Counted from the stretch's first letter, positions 36,174-46,876 are shown. The stretch: 64,000 nucleotides of DNA from Elusimicrobiota bacterium (GCA_043827405.1 JBDRPD010000105.1:1-64000); one strand, 5' to 3'. The notes: a model not told the origin generated them from the letters alone. Translations and numbers: made by a program.

Positions 36174-37334
36174 ATGGGTGTGGGAAGACTTATCGACGCC
36201 GACCTTAGCTTCATCAAGTTCTTAAAACAATCGGGGGGCGAGGACGTAAAGAAGTGCTATCAGTGCGCGACCTGCTCCGCAGTCTGCAGTCTCTCTCCGG
36301 CCGACAAGCCCTTCCCTAGAAAGGAGATGCTCCTGGCGAGCTGGGGCCAGTCCGACAAGCTGGTCAAGGATCCCGACATCTGGCTCTGCTACCAGTGCAA
36401 CGACTGCTCGACTTACTGTCCGCGCGGCGCCAAGCCCGGCAATGTCCTGGCGGCGGTCCGCAACTATGTCTATCAGCATTGCGCATTTCCTTCCTTCATG
36501 GGGAAGGCGCTGGCGAGCCCTAAAGCGCTGCCGCTCTTGATCGCCGCGCCGATGGCGATCATGGCCGCGGTCTTTTTCGCCTCGAAGAAATTTCCCACCA
36601 TCGCGCATGATCCGAGCTTGAACATGCATACGGACCACATCACGAGCAGCACGGTGCTGCTGGACAGCGTATTCTCGATCCACGTGGTCGAGCCGCTGTT
36701 TATCGCCGGCAATATTCTGATCTTCATCTGCGCCTTTATGGGCTTGTGGCGCTTTTGGAATTCCTTGGAATCGCCGGCCGGCAAAGCCGAAGTCGGCTTC
36801 GTGGCCGGGGTGATCCTGACGGTCAAGGATATCCTGACGCATGGCCGCTTTTTCGACTGCGGGCAGAACAAGCCGCGCTCCTGGGGACATATGCTGGTGT
36901 TCTACGGCTTTTTCGGCGCCGCCGCGACCGCGGGCCTCGGCGCCTTGATGCTAAAGATCATGCATGAGCCGCCGCCGATCCCGCTGGGGCATCCGGTGAA
37001 GTGGCTCGGCAACCTGTCGGGCCTGGCGGGCATCGTCGGCTCGGCGGCCCTGCTGTTTCGCCGCTTTACCGACAGCGAGGAGGTCGGAGCCAACGGCTAT
37101 CAGGACTGGCTGTTCCTCATTGTGATATTCCTCTGCTTCGTCACCGGCTTCATGACGCAGTTCACGCGCATGAGCGGCACGTCGCTGGCCTTCGGGGTCT
37201 ATTACATCCACCTTTGCATCGTATTTTTCCTGTTGTGGTACGCCCCCTACTCGAAGTTCGGGCATATGTTCTACCGGGGCCTCGCTCTCGTTCATGCCCG
37301 CTGTACCGGGCGTCTGGACGACGGCGGCAAGTAG
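36174..37334 (+). CDS. qmoC: Quinone-interacting membrane oxidoreductase subunit C
   Basis: CYQCATCSAVC, FPRKEM, WLCYQCNDCSTYCPRGAKPG; TM part with GHMLVFYGF and YSKFGHMFYR. Confidence 0.95.
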   Translation: MGVGRLIDADLSFIKFLKQSGGEDVKKCYQCATCSAVCSLSPADKPFPRKEMLLASWGQSDKLVKDPDIWLCYQCNDCSTYCPRGAKPGNVLAAVRNYVYQHCAFPSFMGKALASPKALPLLIAAPMAIMAAVFFASKKFPTIAHDPSLNMHTDHITSSTVLLDSVFSIHVVEPLFIAGNILIFICAFMGLWRFWNSLESPAGKAEVGFVAGVILTVKDILTHGRFFDCGQNKPRSWGHMLVFYGFFGAAATAGLGALMLKIMHEPPPIPLGHPVKWLGNLSGLAGIVGSAALLFRRFTDSEEVGANGYQDWLFLIVIFLCFVTGFMTQFTRMSGTSLAFGVYYIHLCIVFFLLWYAPYSKFGHMFYRGLALVHARCTGRLDDGGK

Positions 37335-37374
37335 CGGCGCGTCCCTACGATTCGACTAACTTAAGGAGAAGCCA

Positions 37375-38637
37375 ATGGTTGAAGAAAACTCATTAACCGT
37401 CGATACGCTTGTCGTCGGCGGCGGAATCTCGGGCATGACGACGGCCATCGAGACCGCGGAAGCCGGCAAGCGCGCCATTCTCTTGGAGCGCAAGCCCAGT
37501 TTGGGCGGCCGGGTCATGGCGATGAACCAGTATTTCCCCAAGCTGTGCCCGCCGACCTGCGGCATCGAGATCAACCTGAAGCGGATGCGGGGCAACGAGA
37601 ACCTCCAGGTTATGACCCTCGCCGAGGTGGAGAAGATCTCCGGCGGGCCGGGCAAGTACGAGGTCACAGTCAAGCTGCACCCGCGCTTCATCAACGAGAA
37701 GTGCACCGGCTGCGGCGACTGCGAGCGGGCCTGCGAGGTCGAGCGCGACAACGACATGAACTTCGGGCTCGACAAGACCAAGGCGGCCTACCTGCCGCAC
37801 CTCAACGCCTATCCCTTCCGCTACGTTATCGATCCGGCGCAGGTGAAGGATGAGAAGATGAAGAAGTGCGCCGAGGCCTGCAAGTACGGCGCTATTGAGC
37901 TGGACATGCAGCCCAAGACCATCACCATCCGGGCCGGCGCCGTCGTCTGGGCCACCGGCTGGCGGCCTTATGACGCCGCCAAGATGGAGCGGCTCGGCTT
38001 CGGCAAGTACAAGAACGTGGTGACCAATGTCATCATGGAGCGCTTGGCCTCCGAGACCGGACCGACCGGCGGCAAGATCGTCCGTCCTTCGGACCAGAAG
38101 GAGATCGCGAAGATCGGCTTCGTGCAGTGCGCGGGCTCGCGCGACGACAACCACCTGCCGTACTGCTCGTCGGTTTGCTGCCTCGCTTCGATGAAGCAGG
38201 CGACCTATGTCCGCGCGCAGTATCCGGAGGCCGAGATCCATATCTTCTACATCGACGTCCGGACCCCGGGCCGTATGGAGGACTTTTACACCAAGGCGCA
38301 GGAAGACAAGAAGCTGTTCTTCCACCGCGGCAAGGTCGGCACCATCACCGAGATGGACAACGGCAACGTGATCCTCGAAGCCGAAAATACGGTCAGCGGC
38401 CAGCTCACCAAGACCGAGGTCGACATGGCGGTGCTGGCGGTCGGCATGGTGCCCAATACCGCCGATACGCCGCCGCCGTTGGATACGCCGCTTGACGACT
38501 ACGGCTTCATCGCGCCCGACAGCGGCCAGGGCGTTATCGGCGCGGGAACGTCGACGCGCCCGCTGGACGTCTCGATGTCCGTGCAGGACGCTACCGGCGC
38601 GGCCATGAAAGCCTTGATTACCGCGGCGGGGAGGTAG
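37375..38637 (+). CDS. qmoA: QmoA, HdrA-like flavoprotein
   Basis: VVGGGISG, YFPKLCPPTCG, QCAGSRD..LPYCSSVCC; 420 aa. Confidence 0.93.
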   Translation: MVEENSLTVDTLVVGGGISGMTTAIETAEAGKRAILLERKPSLGGRVMAMNQYFPKLCPPTCGIEINLKRMRGNENLQVMTLAEVEKISGGPGKYEVTVKLHPRFINEKCTGCGDCERACEVERDNDMNFGLDKTKAAYLPHLNAYPFRYVIDPAQVKDEKMKKCAEACKYGAIELDMQPKTITIRAGAVVWATGWRPYDAAKMERLGFGKYKNVVTNVIMERLASETGPTGGKIVRPSDQKEIAKIGFVQCAGSRDDNHLPYCSSVCCLASMKQATYVRAQYPEAEIHIFYIDVRTPGRMEDFYTKAQEDKKLFFHRGKVGTITEMDNGNVILEAENTVSGQLTKTEVDMAVLAVGMVPNTADTPPPLDTPLDDYGFIAPDSGQGVIGAGTSTRPLDVSMSVQDATGAAMKALITAAGR

Positions 38638-38640
38638 GCC

Positions 38641-40866
38641 ATGGAAACCAAGCTCGGAACTTATATCTGCAAAGGCTGCGACATCGGCAGCTCCCTGGAT
38701 ATTGAAAAGCTCACCGGCGTCGCCACCGGCGAGGCCAAGGCCGCGGTGTGCAAGACGCACGACGCCTTCTGCAGCGACGAGGGCGTCGGCCTGATCAAGG
38801 CCGACGTGGAAAAGGAGGGCCTCAACCGGGTCTCGGTCATGGCTTGCTCGCAGCGGGTTTTCCCCGGTCTCTTTGATTTCGGCAAGGAGGTGCTCGTCGA
38901 CCGCGGCAACCTGCGCGAGCAGGTGGCCTGGGTGATGAAGCCCAACGACGAGGACACCCAGATGCTGGCCGCGGACTATGTGCGTATGAGCGCGGTCCGG
39001 CTGCAGAACACCGAGCCGCCGGAGCCGCTCATCGAGGAGACCAGCAAGGAGATTCTGGTCGTCGGCGGCGGCATGACGGGGCTGACCGCGGCCAAGTCGG
39101 CGGCCGATGCCGGCTACAAGGTCGTCCTGGTTGAGAAGGAGGCGAAGCTCGGCGGCTGGGCGACGAAATTCAAGAAGGTCTTCCCCAAGCGCCCCCCTTA
39201 TCGCGACCTGGAAGATACCGGGGCGGCGAAGCTCATAAAGGAAGTCGAAGGGAACTCCAACATCACGGTGCACTTGTCGACCGAGGTGGCCAAGACGGTC
39301 GGCCAGCCCGGCAAGTTCGCGGTGCTGCTCAAGAGCGGCGGCAAGGAGACCGAGCTGACGGTCGGCTCCGTCATCCTGGCGGCCGGCTGGAAGCCCTACG
39401 ATGCCGGCAAGCTGGGGCATCTCGGCTACGGCAAGTCGCCCGACATCATCACCAATGTCGAGATGGAGGAGATGGTCGCCCGGGGCGAGATCAAGCGTCC
39501 CTCCGACGGCAAGCCCGTCGAGAGCGTCGTCTTCATCCAGTGCGCGGGTTCGCGCGATAAGGATCACCTGTCCTACTGCTCCGCCGTCTGCTGCCGCGTC
39601 AGCCTCAAGCAGGCGCTCTATGTGCGCGAGCAGAACCCGGAAGCCAAGGTCTACATTATCTACAAGGATGTTCGTTCGCCCGCGCAGTATGAGCGGTTCT
39701 ATGCCCGCGTTCAGGAGGACGAGGGCGTATTCCTGACCAAGGGCGAGATCGCCGCGGTGGAAAAAGACGGCGATAAAATCTCGGTCGGGGTCGAGCAGAC
39801 CATCCTCGGCGAGGACCTCACCCTGAAGGCCGATCTCGTAGTGCTGGCCGCGGGCATGGTGCCGTCGACCCAGGTCGACGCGCCGGCGCCCAAGGAAGAA
39901 GAGAAGAAGGCCGAAGGCGAGGCGCCCAAGGAAGAGAAGAAGGCGGAGCCTGTTCAGCCGGGATCCAGTATGCTCAACCTGGCCTACCGTCAGGGACCCG
40001 ATCTTCCGACCTTGAAGTACGGCTTCCCGGATTCGCACTTCATCTGCTTCCCGTACGAGACCCAGCGCACGGCGGTCTTCGCCGCCGGCGGGGTGCGGGC
40101 GCCGATGGACTTCGCCACCGGGGCCAGCGACGCGCGCGGCGCGGCGCTCAAGGCGGTACAGGCGGTGGAGGCGATCAGCAAGGGCCGGGCGCTGCATCCG
40201 CGCGCCGGCGACCTGAGCTATCCGGATTTCTTCTTCCAGCGCTGTACCCAGTGCAAGCGCTGCACCGAGGAATGTCCCTTCGGCGCTCTTGATGAGGACG
40301 TGAAGGGCACGCCCAAGCCCAATCCGCTGCGCTGCCGGCGCTGCGGCGTCTGCATGGGCGCCTGCCCGGAGCGCATCGTCTCCTTCAAGAACTACAGCGT
40401 CAATATGATCTCGCAGATGATCAAGGCGATCGAGGTCCCGGACGAGTTCGAAGAGAAGCCGCGGATGCTCGCTTTCGTCTGCGAGAACGACGCGCTGCCC
40501 TCGCTCGACATGGCCGGGATCCTGCGCAAGAAATATAATGACCGGATCCGCATCATCCCGCTGCGCTGTCTCGGCTCGATGAACGCGGTATGGGTAAGCG
40601 ATGCCTTGGCGCGCGGCTTCGACGGCGTAATGCTTATCGGCTGCCGCAAGGGCGACGACTACCAGTGCCACTTCGTCCGCGGCAGCGAGCTGGCCAGCTA
40701 CCGCATGGGCAACGTCAAGGAGAAGCTCAAGCAGCTGTCGCTTGAAGAACAGCGCGTTGAGTTTCACGAGCTGGCGATCACGGACTACAATAAGATTCCG
40801 GGCATATTCGACAAGTTCCTGGAAGCGATCGAAGCCATGGGGCCCAACCCATACAAGGGGATGTAA
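38641..40866 (+). CDS. qmoB: QmoB, HdrA-like flavoprotein with ferredoxin and MvhD-like C-terminus
   Basis: NLREQVAW, QCAGSRD, SHFICFPYET, CTQCKRCTEECPFG, CENDA, GCRKGDDYQCHF, GPNPYKG. Confidence 0.95.
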   Translation: METKLGTYICKGCDIGSSLDIEKLTGVATGEAKAAVCKTHDAFCSDEGVGLIKADVEKEGLNRVSVMACSQRVFPGLFDFGKEVLVDRGNLREQVAWVMKPNDEDTQMLAADYVRMSAVRLQNTEPPEPLIEETSKEILVVGGGMTGLTAAKSAADAGYKVVLVEKEAKLGGWATKFKKVFPKRPPYRDLEDTGAAKLIKEVEGNSNITVHLSTEVAKTVGQPGKFAVLLKSGGKETELTVGSVILAAGWKPYDAGKLGHLGYGKSPDIITNVEMEEMVARGEIKRPSDGKPVESVVFIQCAGSRDKDHLSYCSAVCCRVSLKQALYVREQNPEAKVYIIYKDVRSPAQYERFYARVQEDEGVFLTKGEIAAVEKDGDKISVGVEQTILGEDLTLKADLVVLAAGMVPSTQVDAPAPKEEEKKAEGEAPKEEKKAEPVQPGSSMLNLAYRQGPDLPTLKYGFPDSHFICFPYETQRTAVFAAGGVRAPMDFATGASDARGAALKAVQAVEAISKGRALHPRAGDLSYPDFFFQRCTQCKRCTEECPFGALDEDVKGTPKPNPLRCRRCGVCMGACPERIVSFKNYSVNMISQMIKAIEVPDEFEEKPRMLAFVCENDALPSLDMAGILRKKYNDRIRIIPLRCLGSMNAVWVSDALARGFDGVMLIGCRKGDDYQCHFVRGSELASYRMGNVKEKLKQLSLEEQRVEFHELAITDYNKIPGIFDKFLEAIEAMGPNPYKGM

Positions 40867-40892
40867 ACAGCCCCTTTTTCATGACCGGGGTC

Positions 40893-40946
40893 AATCCCCC
40901 AAGTTGATCTAGATCAACTTGGGGGATTTTGCATATTGGGTAGAAT
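40893..40946 (+). promoter_or_regulatory. Perfect 36-bp palindrome with central FNR box, followed by a -10 element upstream of dsrA
   Basis: AATCCCCCAAGTTGATCT/AGATCAACTTGGGGGATT (40893-40928); TTGAT-CTAG-ATCAA at 40904-40917; TAGAAT at 40941-40946. Confidence 0.7.
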
Positions 40947-41011
40947 TGTTTTGTTGGTGGTTGAACAGTTTTCGGCAAATCGGCGGCACGGCGTTTTGGA
41001 GGATAAAAATA

Positions 41012-42223
41012 ATGTCTGATAAATCCATAGAAACTCCCTTGTTGGACGAGCTGGAGAAAGGCAAATGGCCCAGCTTCGTCAAAGAGATCAAGGATGCGGC
41101 GAAGAAGAGCCCGATGGCGAAGGACCTTCTCGGCCAGCTGGAAAAGTCCTACCGGGAGAAAGTCGGCTACTGGAAGCATGGCGGCATCGTCGGAGTCATG
41201 GGCTACGGCGGCGGCGTTATCGGCCGGTACTCGGCGCTTCCTGAAGAATTCCCTGGCGTCTCGCACTTCCACACGGTCCGCGTCAATCAGCCTGCCGGCT
41301 GGTTCTACAACAGCGAGGCCCTGCGCAAGGTCTGCGATATCTGGGAGAAGCGCGGATCGGGCCTGACCAATATGCACGGCTCAACCGGCGATATGGTGCT
41401 GCTCGGCACCAAGACCGATCAGCTTGAGCCGATCTTCGACGAACTGCAGAAGATCGACTTCGACCTCGGCGGGTCCGGCTCCGACGTTCGCACGCCCAGC
41501 TGCTGCAACGGCATGGCGCGCTGCGAATGGGCCTGCTACGACACCATGAAGGCGTGCAACGACCTGACCCAGGCGTACCAGGACGAGCTGCATCGCCCGG
41601 CCTTCCCGTACAAGTTCAAGTTCAAGTTCTCCGGATGCCCGAACGACTGCGTCGCGTCGATCGCGCGCGCCGACCTGTCCATTATCGGGACCTGGCGCGA
41701 CGACATCCAGCTGGACAAGGACGCCGTCAAGGAGTACGCCGACAAGGGCATGGATATCCAGTCCGACGTCGTCTCCAACTGCCCCGCCAAGTGCATGAAA
41801 TACGACGCCGCGGCCAAGGAGCTTAAGATCGACAACAGCTACTGCCGCCGCTGCATGCACTGCATCAACGCCATGCCCAAGGCCCTGCGCCCGGGCAAGG
41901 ATCGCGGTGCGACCATCCTGATCGGATCCAAGGCTCCGATCATGGAAGGCGCCCTGCTGTCGTCGGTGCTCATTCCGTTCATCAAGATGGAAGCGCCCTA
42001 CCAGGAAATCCAGGACCTTCTCGAGAAGATCTGGGACGTCTGGTGTGAAGAGGGTAAGAACCGCGAGCGCGTCGGTGAATTCATCCAGCGCGTCGGTCTC
42101 GGTAACTTCCTCGAGGCGATCGAAGTCGAGCCGGTGCCGGAGATGGTGGCTCATCCTCGTGAGAATCCGTATGTCTTCTACGAAGAGTACTTCGAAGAAG
42201 GCGACGGGTCTGAGGAAAAGTAA
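41012..42223 (+). CDS. dsrA: Dissimilatory sulfite reductase alpha subunit
   Basis: [62 protein letters not shown]. Confidence 0.99.
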   Translation: MSDKSIETPLLDELEKGKWPSFVKEIKDAAKKSPMAKDLLGQLEKSYREKVGYWKHGGIVGVMGYGGGVIGRYSALPEEFPGVSHFHTVRVNQPAGWFYNSEALRKVCDIWEKRGSGLTNMHGSTGDMVLLGTKTDQLEPIFDELQKIDFDLGGSGSDVRTPSCCNGMARCEWACYDTMKACNDLTQAYQDELHRPAFPYKFKFKFSGCPNDCVASIARADLSIIGTWRDDIQLDKDAVKEYADKGMDIQSDVVSNCPAKCMKYDAAAKELKIDNSYCRRCMHCINAMPKALRPGKDRGATILIGSKAPIMEGALLSSVLIPFIKMEAPYQEIQDLLEKIWDVWCEEGKNRERVGEFIQRVGLGNFLEAIEVEPVPEMVAHPRENPYVFYEEYFEEGDGSEEK

Positions 42224-42250
42224 GGATAAGAGGATAAACGAGGTATATAA

Positions 42251-43336
42251 ATGACAACTACTCAAGCTCCTGAAAGGCGTACCGACTTCGGTCCTCCGCA
42301 TTACGAGCAGTTTTTGCCGCCGATCATCAAGAAGAACTACGGCAAGTGGAAGTACCATGAGGTCTTGAAGCCCGGCGTGATGGTCCACGTGGGTGAGTCC
42401 GGCGATAAGCTCTTCACCGTGCGGGCGGCCTCCGGCCGGCTGATCAGTGTCGGCAAAATCCGGGCCTACTGCGACCTGGCCGACAAGTACTGCGACGGCT
42501 ACCTCCGGTTCACCAGCCGGCACAATGTCGAGTTCCTGACCGACAAGAAGGAGAACATCGATCCCTTGATCGCTGATCTCAAGAAGCTCGGCCATCCGGT
42601 GGGCGGCATCGGCAACTCCATCTCCAGCATCGTGCACACGCAGGGATGGGTCCACTGCCACTCGGCGGCGACCGACGCCTCGGGCATCGTCAAGGCCGTG
42701 ATGGACGACCTGATCGAGCACTTCGAAGAGCAGAAGATCCCCGGGAAGCTGCGCATCGCCCTGGCCTGCTGCTTGAATATGTGCGGCGCCGTGCACTGCT
42801 CGGATATCTCGATTCTCGGCATCCACCGCCGTCCGCCGAAGGTCGACCATGATATGGTGAAGAAGATGTGCGAGATTCCGAACGTCAGCGCCTCCTGCCC
42901 GACCGCGGCCATCCGGCCGGCGACGGTCAACGGCAAGGAGTCCGTCGAGGTGCTTGAGGACCGCTGCATGTTCTGCGCGAACTGCTACACGGTCTGCCCG
43001 TCCATGCCGCTGAACAACCCGCTCAACGACGGCGTGTCGATCTGGGTCGGCGGCAAGGTGAGCAATGCCCGGACCGAGCCGGCGTTCTCCAAGCTGGCGA
43101 TTCCGTTCATCCCGAACAACCCGCCGCGCTGGCCCGAAGTGACCACGGCGGTGCGCAAGCTCGTGGAGGTCTGGGCCGCCAACGCCAACAAGTATGAGCG
43201 GATGGGCGAGTGGATCAATCGTATCGGCTGGCCGAAGTTCTTCAAGCTGACCGGCCTTCCGTTCGAGAAGGTCCATATCGATGACTTCAAGCACGCCGGG
43301 CTGACGTACAAGCGCTCGACGCATCTGACGTTCTGA
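42251..43336 (+). CDS. dsrB: Dissimilatory sulfite reductase beta subunit
   Basis: [50 protein letters not shown]. Confidence 0.99.
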   Translation: MTTTQAPERRTDFGPPHYEQFLPPIIKKNYGKWKYHEVLKPGVMVHVGESGDKLFTVRAASGRLISVGKIRAYCDLADKYCDGYLRFTSRHNVEFLTDKKENIDPLIADLKKLGHPVGGIGNSISSIVHTQGWVHCHSAATDASGIVKAVMDDLIEHFEEQKIPGKLRIALACCLNMCGAVHCSDISILGIHRRPPKVDHDMVKKMCEIPNVSASCPTAAIRPATVNGKESVEVLEDRCMFCANCYTVCPSMPLNNPLNDGVSIWVGGKVSNARTEPAFSKLAIPFIPNNPPRWPEVTTAVRKLVEVWAANANKYERMGEWINRIGWPKFFKLTGLPFEKVHIDDFKHAGLTYKRSTHLTF

Positions 43337-43351
43337 GGCTGGAGGCTTAAC

Positions 43352-43600
43352 GTGGCGAAAACAGTTGAAGAAGTGGCGGATGCCATGTTCGACATGGTCA
43401 AGGACGCCATGGGTAAAAAGAAGCTGAAGCCGATGGACCTTATCAAAGCCACGATCGCGGCGTTCGGCGAGGATCAGGTCGACAAGAAGCTCGGCAAGGA
43501 GGCGATCAAGATATTGGTCAACTCCGGCCGGTGCGTCTACACCTACTTCGGCGGAAGCTTCATCGAGATCCCTCACCGAGAGGCCGCCGCGAACGACTAG
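43352..43600 (+). CDS. dsrD: DsrD
   Basis: 82 aa directly after dsrB; KKKLKP.DL, LVNSGRCVYTYFGGSF. Confidence 0.85.
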   Translation: MAKTVEEVADAMFDMVKDAMGKKKLKPMDLIKATIAAFGEDQVDKKLGKEAIKILVNSGRCVYTYFGGSFIEIPHREAAAND

Positions 43601-43662
43601 TTCGTGCGGAGCTCGGCAAGAGATCTTCGTCGTTTGATAGACGTCTGCAGGGCACATGCCCG

Positions 43663-43697
43663 CCCTTTCTCCGGCGCCGCTGGCGCCGGAGAAAGGG
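43663..43697 (+). other. 16-bp perfect stem-loop between dsrD and dsrN
   Basis: CCCTTTCTCCGGCGCC-GCT-GGCGCCGGAGAAAGGG; no U-tract follows. Confidence 0.75.
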
Positions 43698-43722
43698 AGA
43701 GGGTATTCATCCGCCTCAACCA

Positions 43723-45141
43723 ATGAATACCGAATTACCGCGGCTTATTATCGCCGGACTGTCCGGAGACTCAGGCAAGACTATCGTCAGCCTGAGCCTT
43801 CTCGCGGCTCTGCGCCGCAATGGATTGTCCGCCATCGCCTTCAAGAAGGGCCCCGACTATATCGATGCGGCGTGGCTCGGACGGCTGGCCGGTGCGCCCT
43901 GCCGCAATCTTGACACCTATATGGTCGCTCCGGAGATCGTGCGCGAGCGGTTTATGCGCCATGGCGCGGGGGCGGATATCGCGCTCATCGAAGGCAACCG
44001 CGGGCTGTTCGACGGCCGGGACGCCGCGGGGACGCACAGCACCGCGGAGCTCGCTAAGCTGCTGCAGGCTCCGGTTCTGCTGGTCGTTAATGCGGCAAAG
44101 ACCACGCGGACGGTGGCCGCTCTTATCAAAGGCTGCCAAGCATTCGCGCCGGATATCGTTTTCGCCGGCGTCGTTCTTAACCGGACGGCCGGCAAGCGGC
44201 ACACCCAAGTGATTACCGAGGCGGTGGAGCGGTACTGCGGCCTCCCGGTGCTCGGCGTGCTGCCCAAGCTGAGCGGAAATCCGGGACTTATTCCGAGCCG
44301 CCATCTTGGTCTGGTGACGCCGGCGGAATCCGGCAAGGACGCGGAGATGGAGGATCGGCTGGCGGATATCGGCGCCGAGCATCTCGATATTGAGCGCATT
44401 CTCGCGGCGGCGAGAAAGACCGCAGCGCTTCCCGCGGCGGCGGATCTCCCGGCGCCGCGCCAGCTGAGAGCGCGGATCGGATACTTCAGCGACCCGGTTT
44501 TTACGTTCTATTATCCGGAGAACCTGGAAGCGCTGGCGGCGCAGGGAGCGGAGCTCGTTCCCATTTCCTCCATCGTCGACGGCAATCTGCCCGATATCGA
44601 CGGCCTCTATATCGGCGGCGGCTTTCCGGAAACACATGCCCAGCGCTTGGCCGACAATACGGCGATGATGGCGTCGGTGCGTTCGGCGGCCAAGGCGGGC
44701 CTGCCGATCTATGCCGAGTGCGGCGGTCTGATATATCTCGCGAAGTCGATCACCTGGAAAGGCCATCGCTATCCCATGTGCGGTTTATTTCCGCTCGATC
44801 TGCGGATGCAGTCCAAGCCCGCGGGACATGGCTATACCTTGCTCAAAGTGGACCGCCCAAATCCTTTTTTCGCTCAGGACGTCGAGATCAAGGGGCATGA
44901 GTTCCACTATTCCGCGCTGAAAGAGGAGCCGGAGATCGAGGCCACCTGTATGCGGGTCGAGATCGGTGCCGGACTTGGAGGGCGGCGCGAAGGTCTGGTC
45001 AAAAACAACGTTTTAGCGTGCTACACGCATATTCACTCCGACGCGGTGAGCAGCTGGGCTCCGGGTTTCCTGGCACGAGCTGATGAGTACCGTTTGCGGT
45101 TGGCGAAACCGTTGCTTAAACTAGCAGGTAGACAGCCATAA
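43723..45141 (+). CDS. dsrN: Siroheme amidase DsrN (CobB/CbiA family)
   Basis: GDSGKT, FKKGPDYID, IEGNRGLFDG, GGGFPE, YAECGG, GHEFHYS; dsr context. Confidence 0.92.
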   Translation: MNTELPRLIIAGLSGDSGKTIVSLSLLAALRRNGLSAIAFKKGPDYIDAAWLGRLAGAPCRNLDTYMVAPEIVRERFMRHGAGADIALIEGNRGLFDGRDAAGTHSTAELAKLLQAPVLLVVNAAKTTRTVAALIKGCQAFAPDIVFAGVVLNRTAGKRHTQVITEAVERYCGLPVLGVLPKLSGNPGLIPSRHLGLVTPAESGKDAEMEDRLADIGAEHLDIERILAAARKTAALPAAADLPAPRQLRARIGYFSDPVFTFYYPENLEALAAQGAELVPISSIVDGNLPDIDGLYIGGGFPETHAQRLADNTAMMASVRSAAKAGLPIYAECGGLIYLAKSITWKGHRYPMCGLFPLDLRMQSKPAGHGYTLLKVDRPNPFFAQDVEIKGHEFHYSALKEEPEIEATCMRVEIGAGLGGRREGLVKNNVLACYTHIHSDAVSSWAPGFLARADEYRLRLAKPLLKLAGRQP

Positions 45142-45157
45142 ATAGCGAGCAAATATA

Positions 45158-46831
45158 ATGATAAACAAAGTAGTCAAGAAAAAGAAGAAGCTGGGCAGCA
45201 TGCGCGGCGGAGATTCCGGGACGCATGGCGGTTCGGACAAGCGGCCTAGGTTTGTCGAGAAGATTCCCCCCTGTACCGACCGCTGCCCGAATCATAACAA
45301 GATTCGCGAAGCTCTTATGGTCGTCTCCCGGGCGGAGGAGCAGGGGAAGACCCAGGATAAAGCGTATGAAGAGGCTTGGCAATATTTTATGGAGCGGTCG
45401 CCTTTTCCCGCCGTATGCGGCCGGGTATGCCCCCATCCCTGCGAGACGCAGTGCAACCGCAAGGATAAGGACGGCGCGGTAAGCATCAACAGCTTCGAAC
45501 GGTTTCTCGGCGACTACGGCCTCGAGAAAGGGCTTAAGCCGGTAAAGCTGTCCGCGGAGCAGCGCGCGGAGAAGATCGCGGTTGTTGGTTCCGGCCCCGC
45601 CGGAATGTCCTGCGCCTATCAGCTCGCCCGGCGCGGCTATCCGGTGACGGTCTTCGAGGCGCTGCCCAAGACGGGCGGCATGCTGCGCTACGGCATTCCT
45701 GACTACCGGCTGCCGCAGAGCGTTTTGGACGGCGAGGTTCAGCGCATCGCGGATATGGGCGTCGAGATCAAGTGCGGTACCGCGGTCGGCAAGGACGTCG
45801 CAATGGACGATTTGCGCAAGGAGTATAAGGCCGTGTTCGTCGGCATCGGCGGCCATCAGGGGCTCAAGCTGCGCTGCGAAGGCGAGGATGCGGAGAACGT
45901 GTATACCGGTACGAGCTTCCTGCGCCGGGTCAATCTTGGCGAGAAGGTCGATGTCGGCGACAAGGTCGTCGTCGTCGGCGGCGGCGATACCGCGATCGAC
46001 GCCGCCCGCATCGCCCGTCGTTTGGGCGCGGAGACGACCATTCTTTATCGCCGCACCAAGGATGAGATGCCGGCGATCGACGAGGAGATCGAAGGCGCGC
46101 TCGAGGAAGACGTCAAGATCCACTTCCTGGCGGCTCCGCTGTCGATCGTCAAGAGCAACGGCAAAGCGACGGGCATGAAATGCCAGAAAATGGAGCTCGG
46201 AGAACCCGACGCCTCGGGCCGGCGCCGTCCGGTGCCGATCGAAGGCGATACTTTCGACCTGGAGTTCACGACTCTTATCGCGGCTATCAGCCAGGAGCCG
46301 GACTTCACCGGTCTGGAAAGCCTGCGCGAGGGCCGGGACTGGGTTAAGGTCGACGAAAAGTATAAGACTAAGGAAGACGGCGTCTACTCCGGAGGCGACA
46401 ATATCAACCTGGGTCTGGTGGTCGACGCGATCCATCACGGAAGATTAGCGGCCGAGGCGATCCACCAGCACCTCACCGGCGAGACCCCGGCCGCGGCCGC
46501 TCGGGCGGAGGTCGTCAAGAAGGTCCGTCTCGAGCACTACGAGGAAAAGAAGCGGGCGGCGGTTAAGGAGCTCGCGGTCGCCGACCGCATGGGCGATTTG
46601 AGCGTCGAGATCGCCAGCACGCTCAGCGGCGAAGAGGCCCTCGGCGAGGCGAAGCGCTGCATGAGCTGCGGGATGTGCTTCCACTGCGGCAACTGCTGGA
46701 GCTTCTGCCAGGACAATGCGGTGCTTAAGCCCATGAGCAAGAGCGAGCCGTACAAATTCAAGCTGGAGTTCTGCAAGGGCTGCAGCAAATGCGCGGACAT
46801 GTGTCCGTGCGGCTATATCGATATGCAGTGA
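45158..46831 (+). CDS. dsrL: DsrL NAD(P)H:acceptor Fe-S flavoprotein, DsrL-2-like
   Basis: PPC...CP, GRVCPHPCE, GSGPAG, GGGDTAID, LYRR, C-terminal CMSCG.CFHCGNC and CKGCSKCADMCPCGYI; lies between dsrN and dsrC. Confidence 0.9.
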   Translation: MINKVVKKKKKLGSMRGGDSGTHGGSDKRPRFVEKIPPCTDRCPNHNKIREALMVVSRAEEQGKTQDKAYEEAWQYFMERSPFPAVCGRVCPHPCETQCNRKDKDGAVSINSFERFLGDYGLEKGLKPVKLSAEQRAEKIAVVGSGPAGMSCAYQLARRGYPVTVFEALPKTGGMLRYGIPDYRLPQSVLDGEVQRIADMGVEIKCGTAVGKDVAMDDLRKEYKAVFVGIGGHQGLKLRCEGEDAENVYTGTSFLRRVNLGEKVDVGDKVVVVGGGDTAIDAARIARRLGAETTILYRRTKDEMPAIDEEIEGALEEDVKIHFLAAPLSIVKSNGKATGMKCQKMELGEPDASGRRRPVPIEGDTFDLEFTTLIAAISQEPDFTGLESLREGRDWVKVDEKYKTKEDGVYSGGDNINLGLVVDAIHHGRLAAEAIHQHLTGETPAAAARAEVVKKVRLEHYEEKKRAAVKELAVADRMGDLSVEIASTLSGEEALGEAKRCMSCGMCFHCGNCWSFCQDNAVLKPMSKSEPYKFKLEFCKGCSKCADMCPCGYIDMQ

Positions 46832-46876
46832 CGCGCGTACAAAATACGTTTTTCGGTAATTCAAGGAGGAGTGAGC

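Noticed and set aside
45158..46831. Glutamate synthase small subunit (GltD)
   Set aside because: C-terminal ferredoxin ending CPCGYI and position within the dsr cluster indicate DsrL; no gltB nearby
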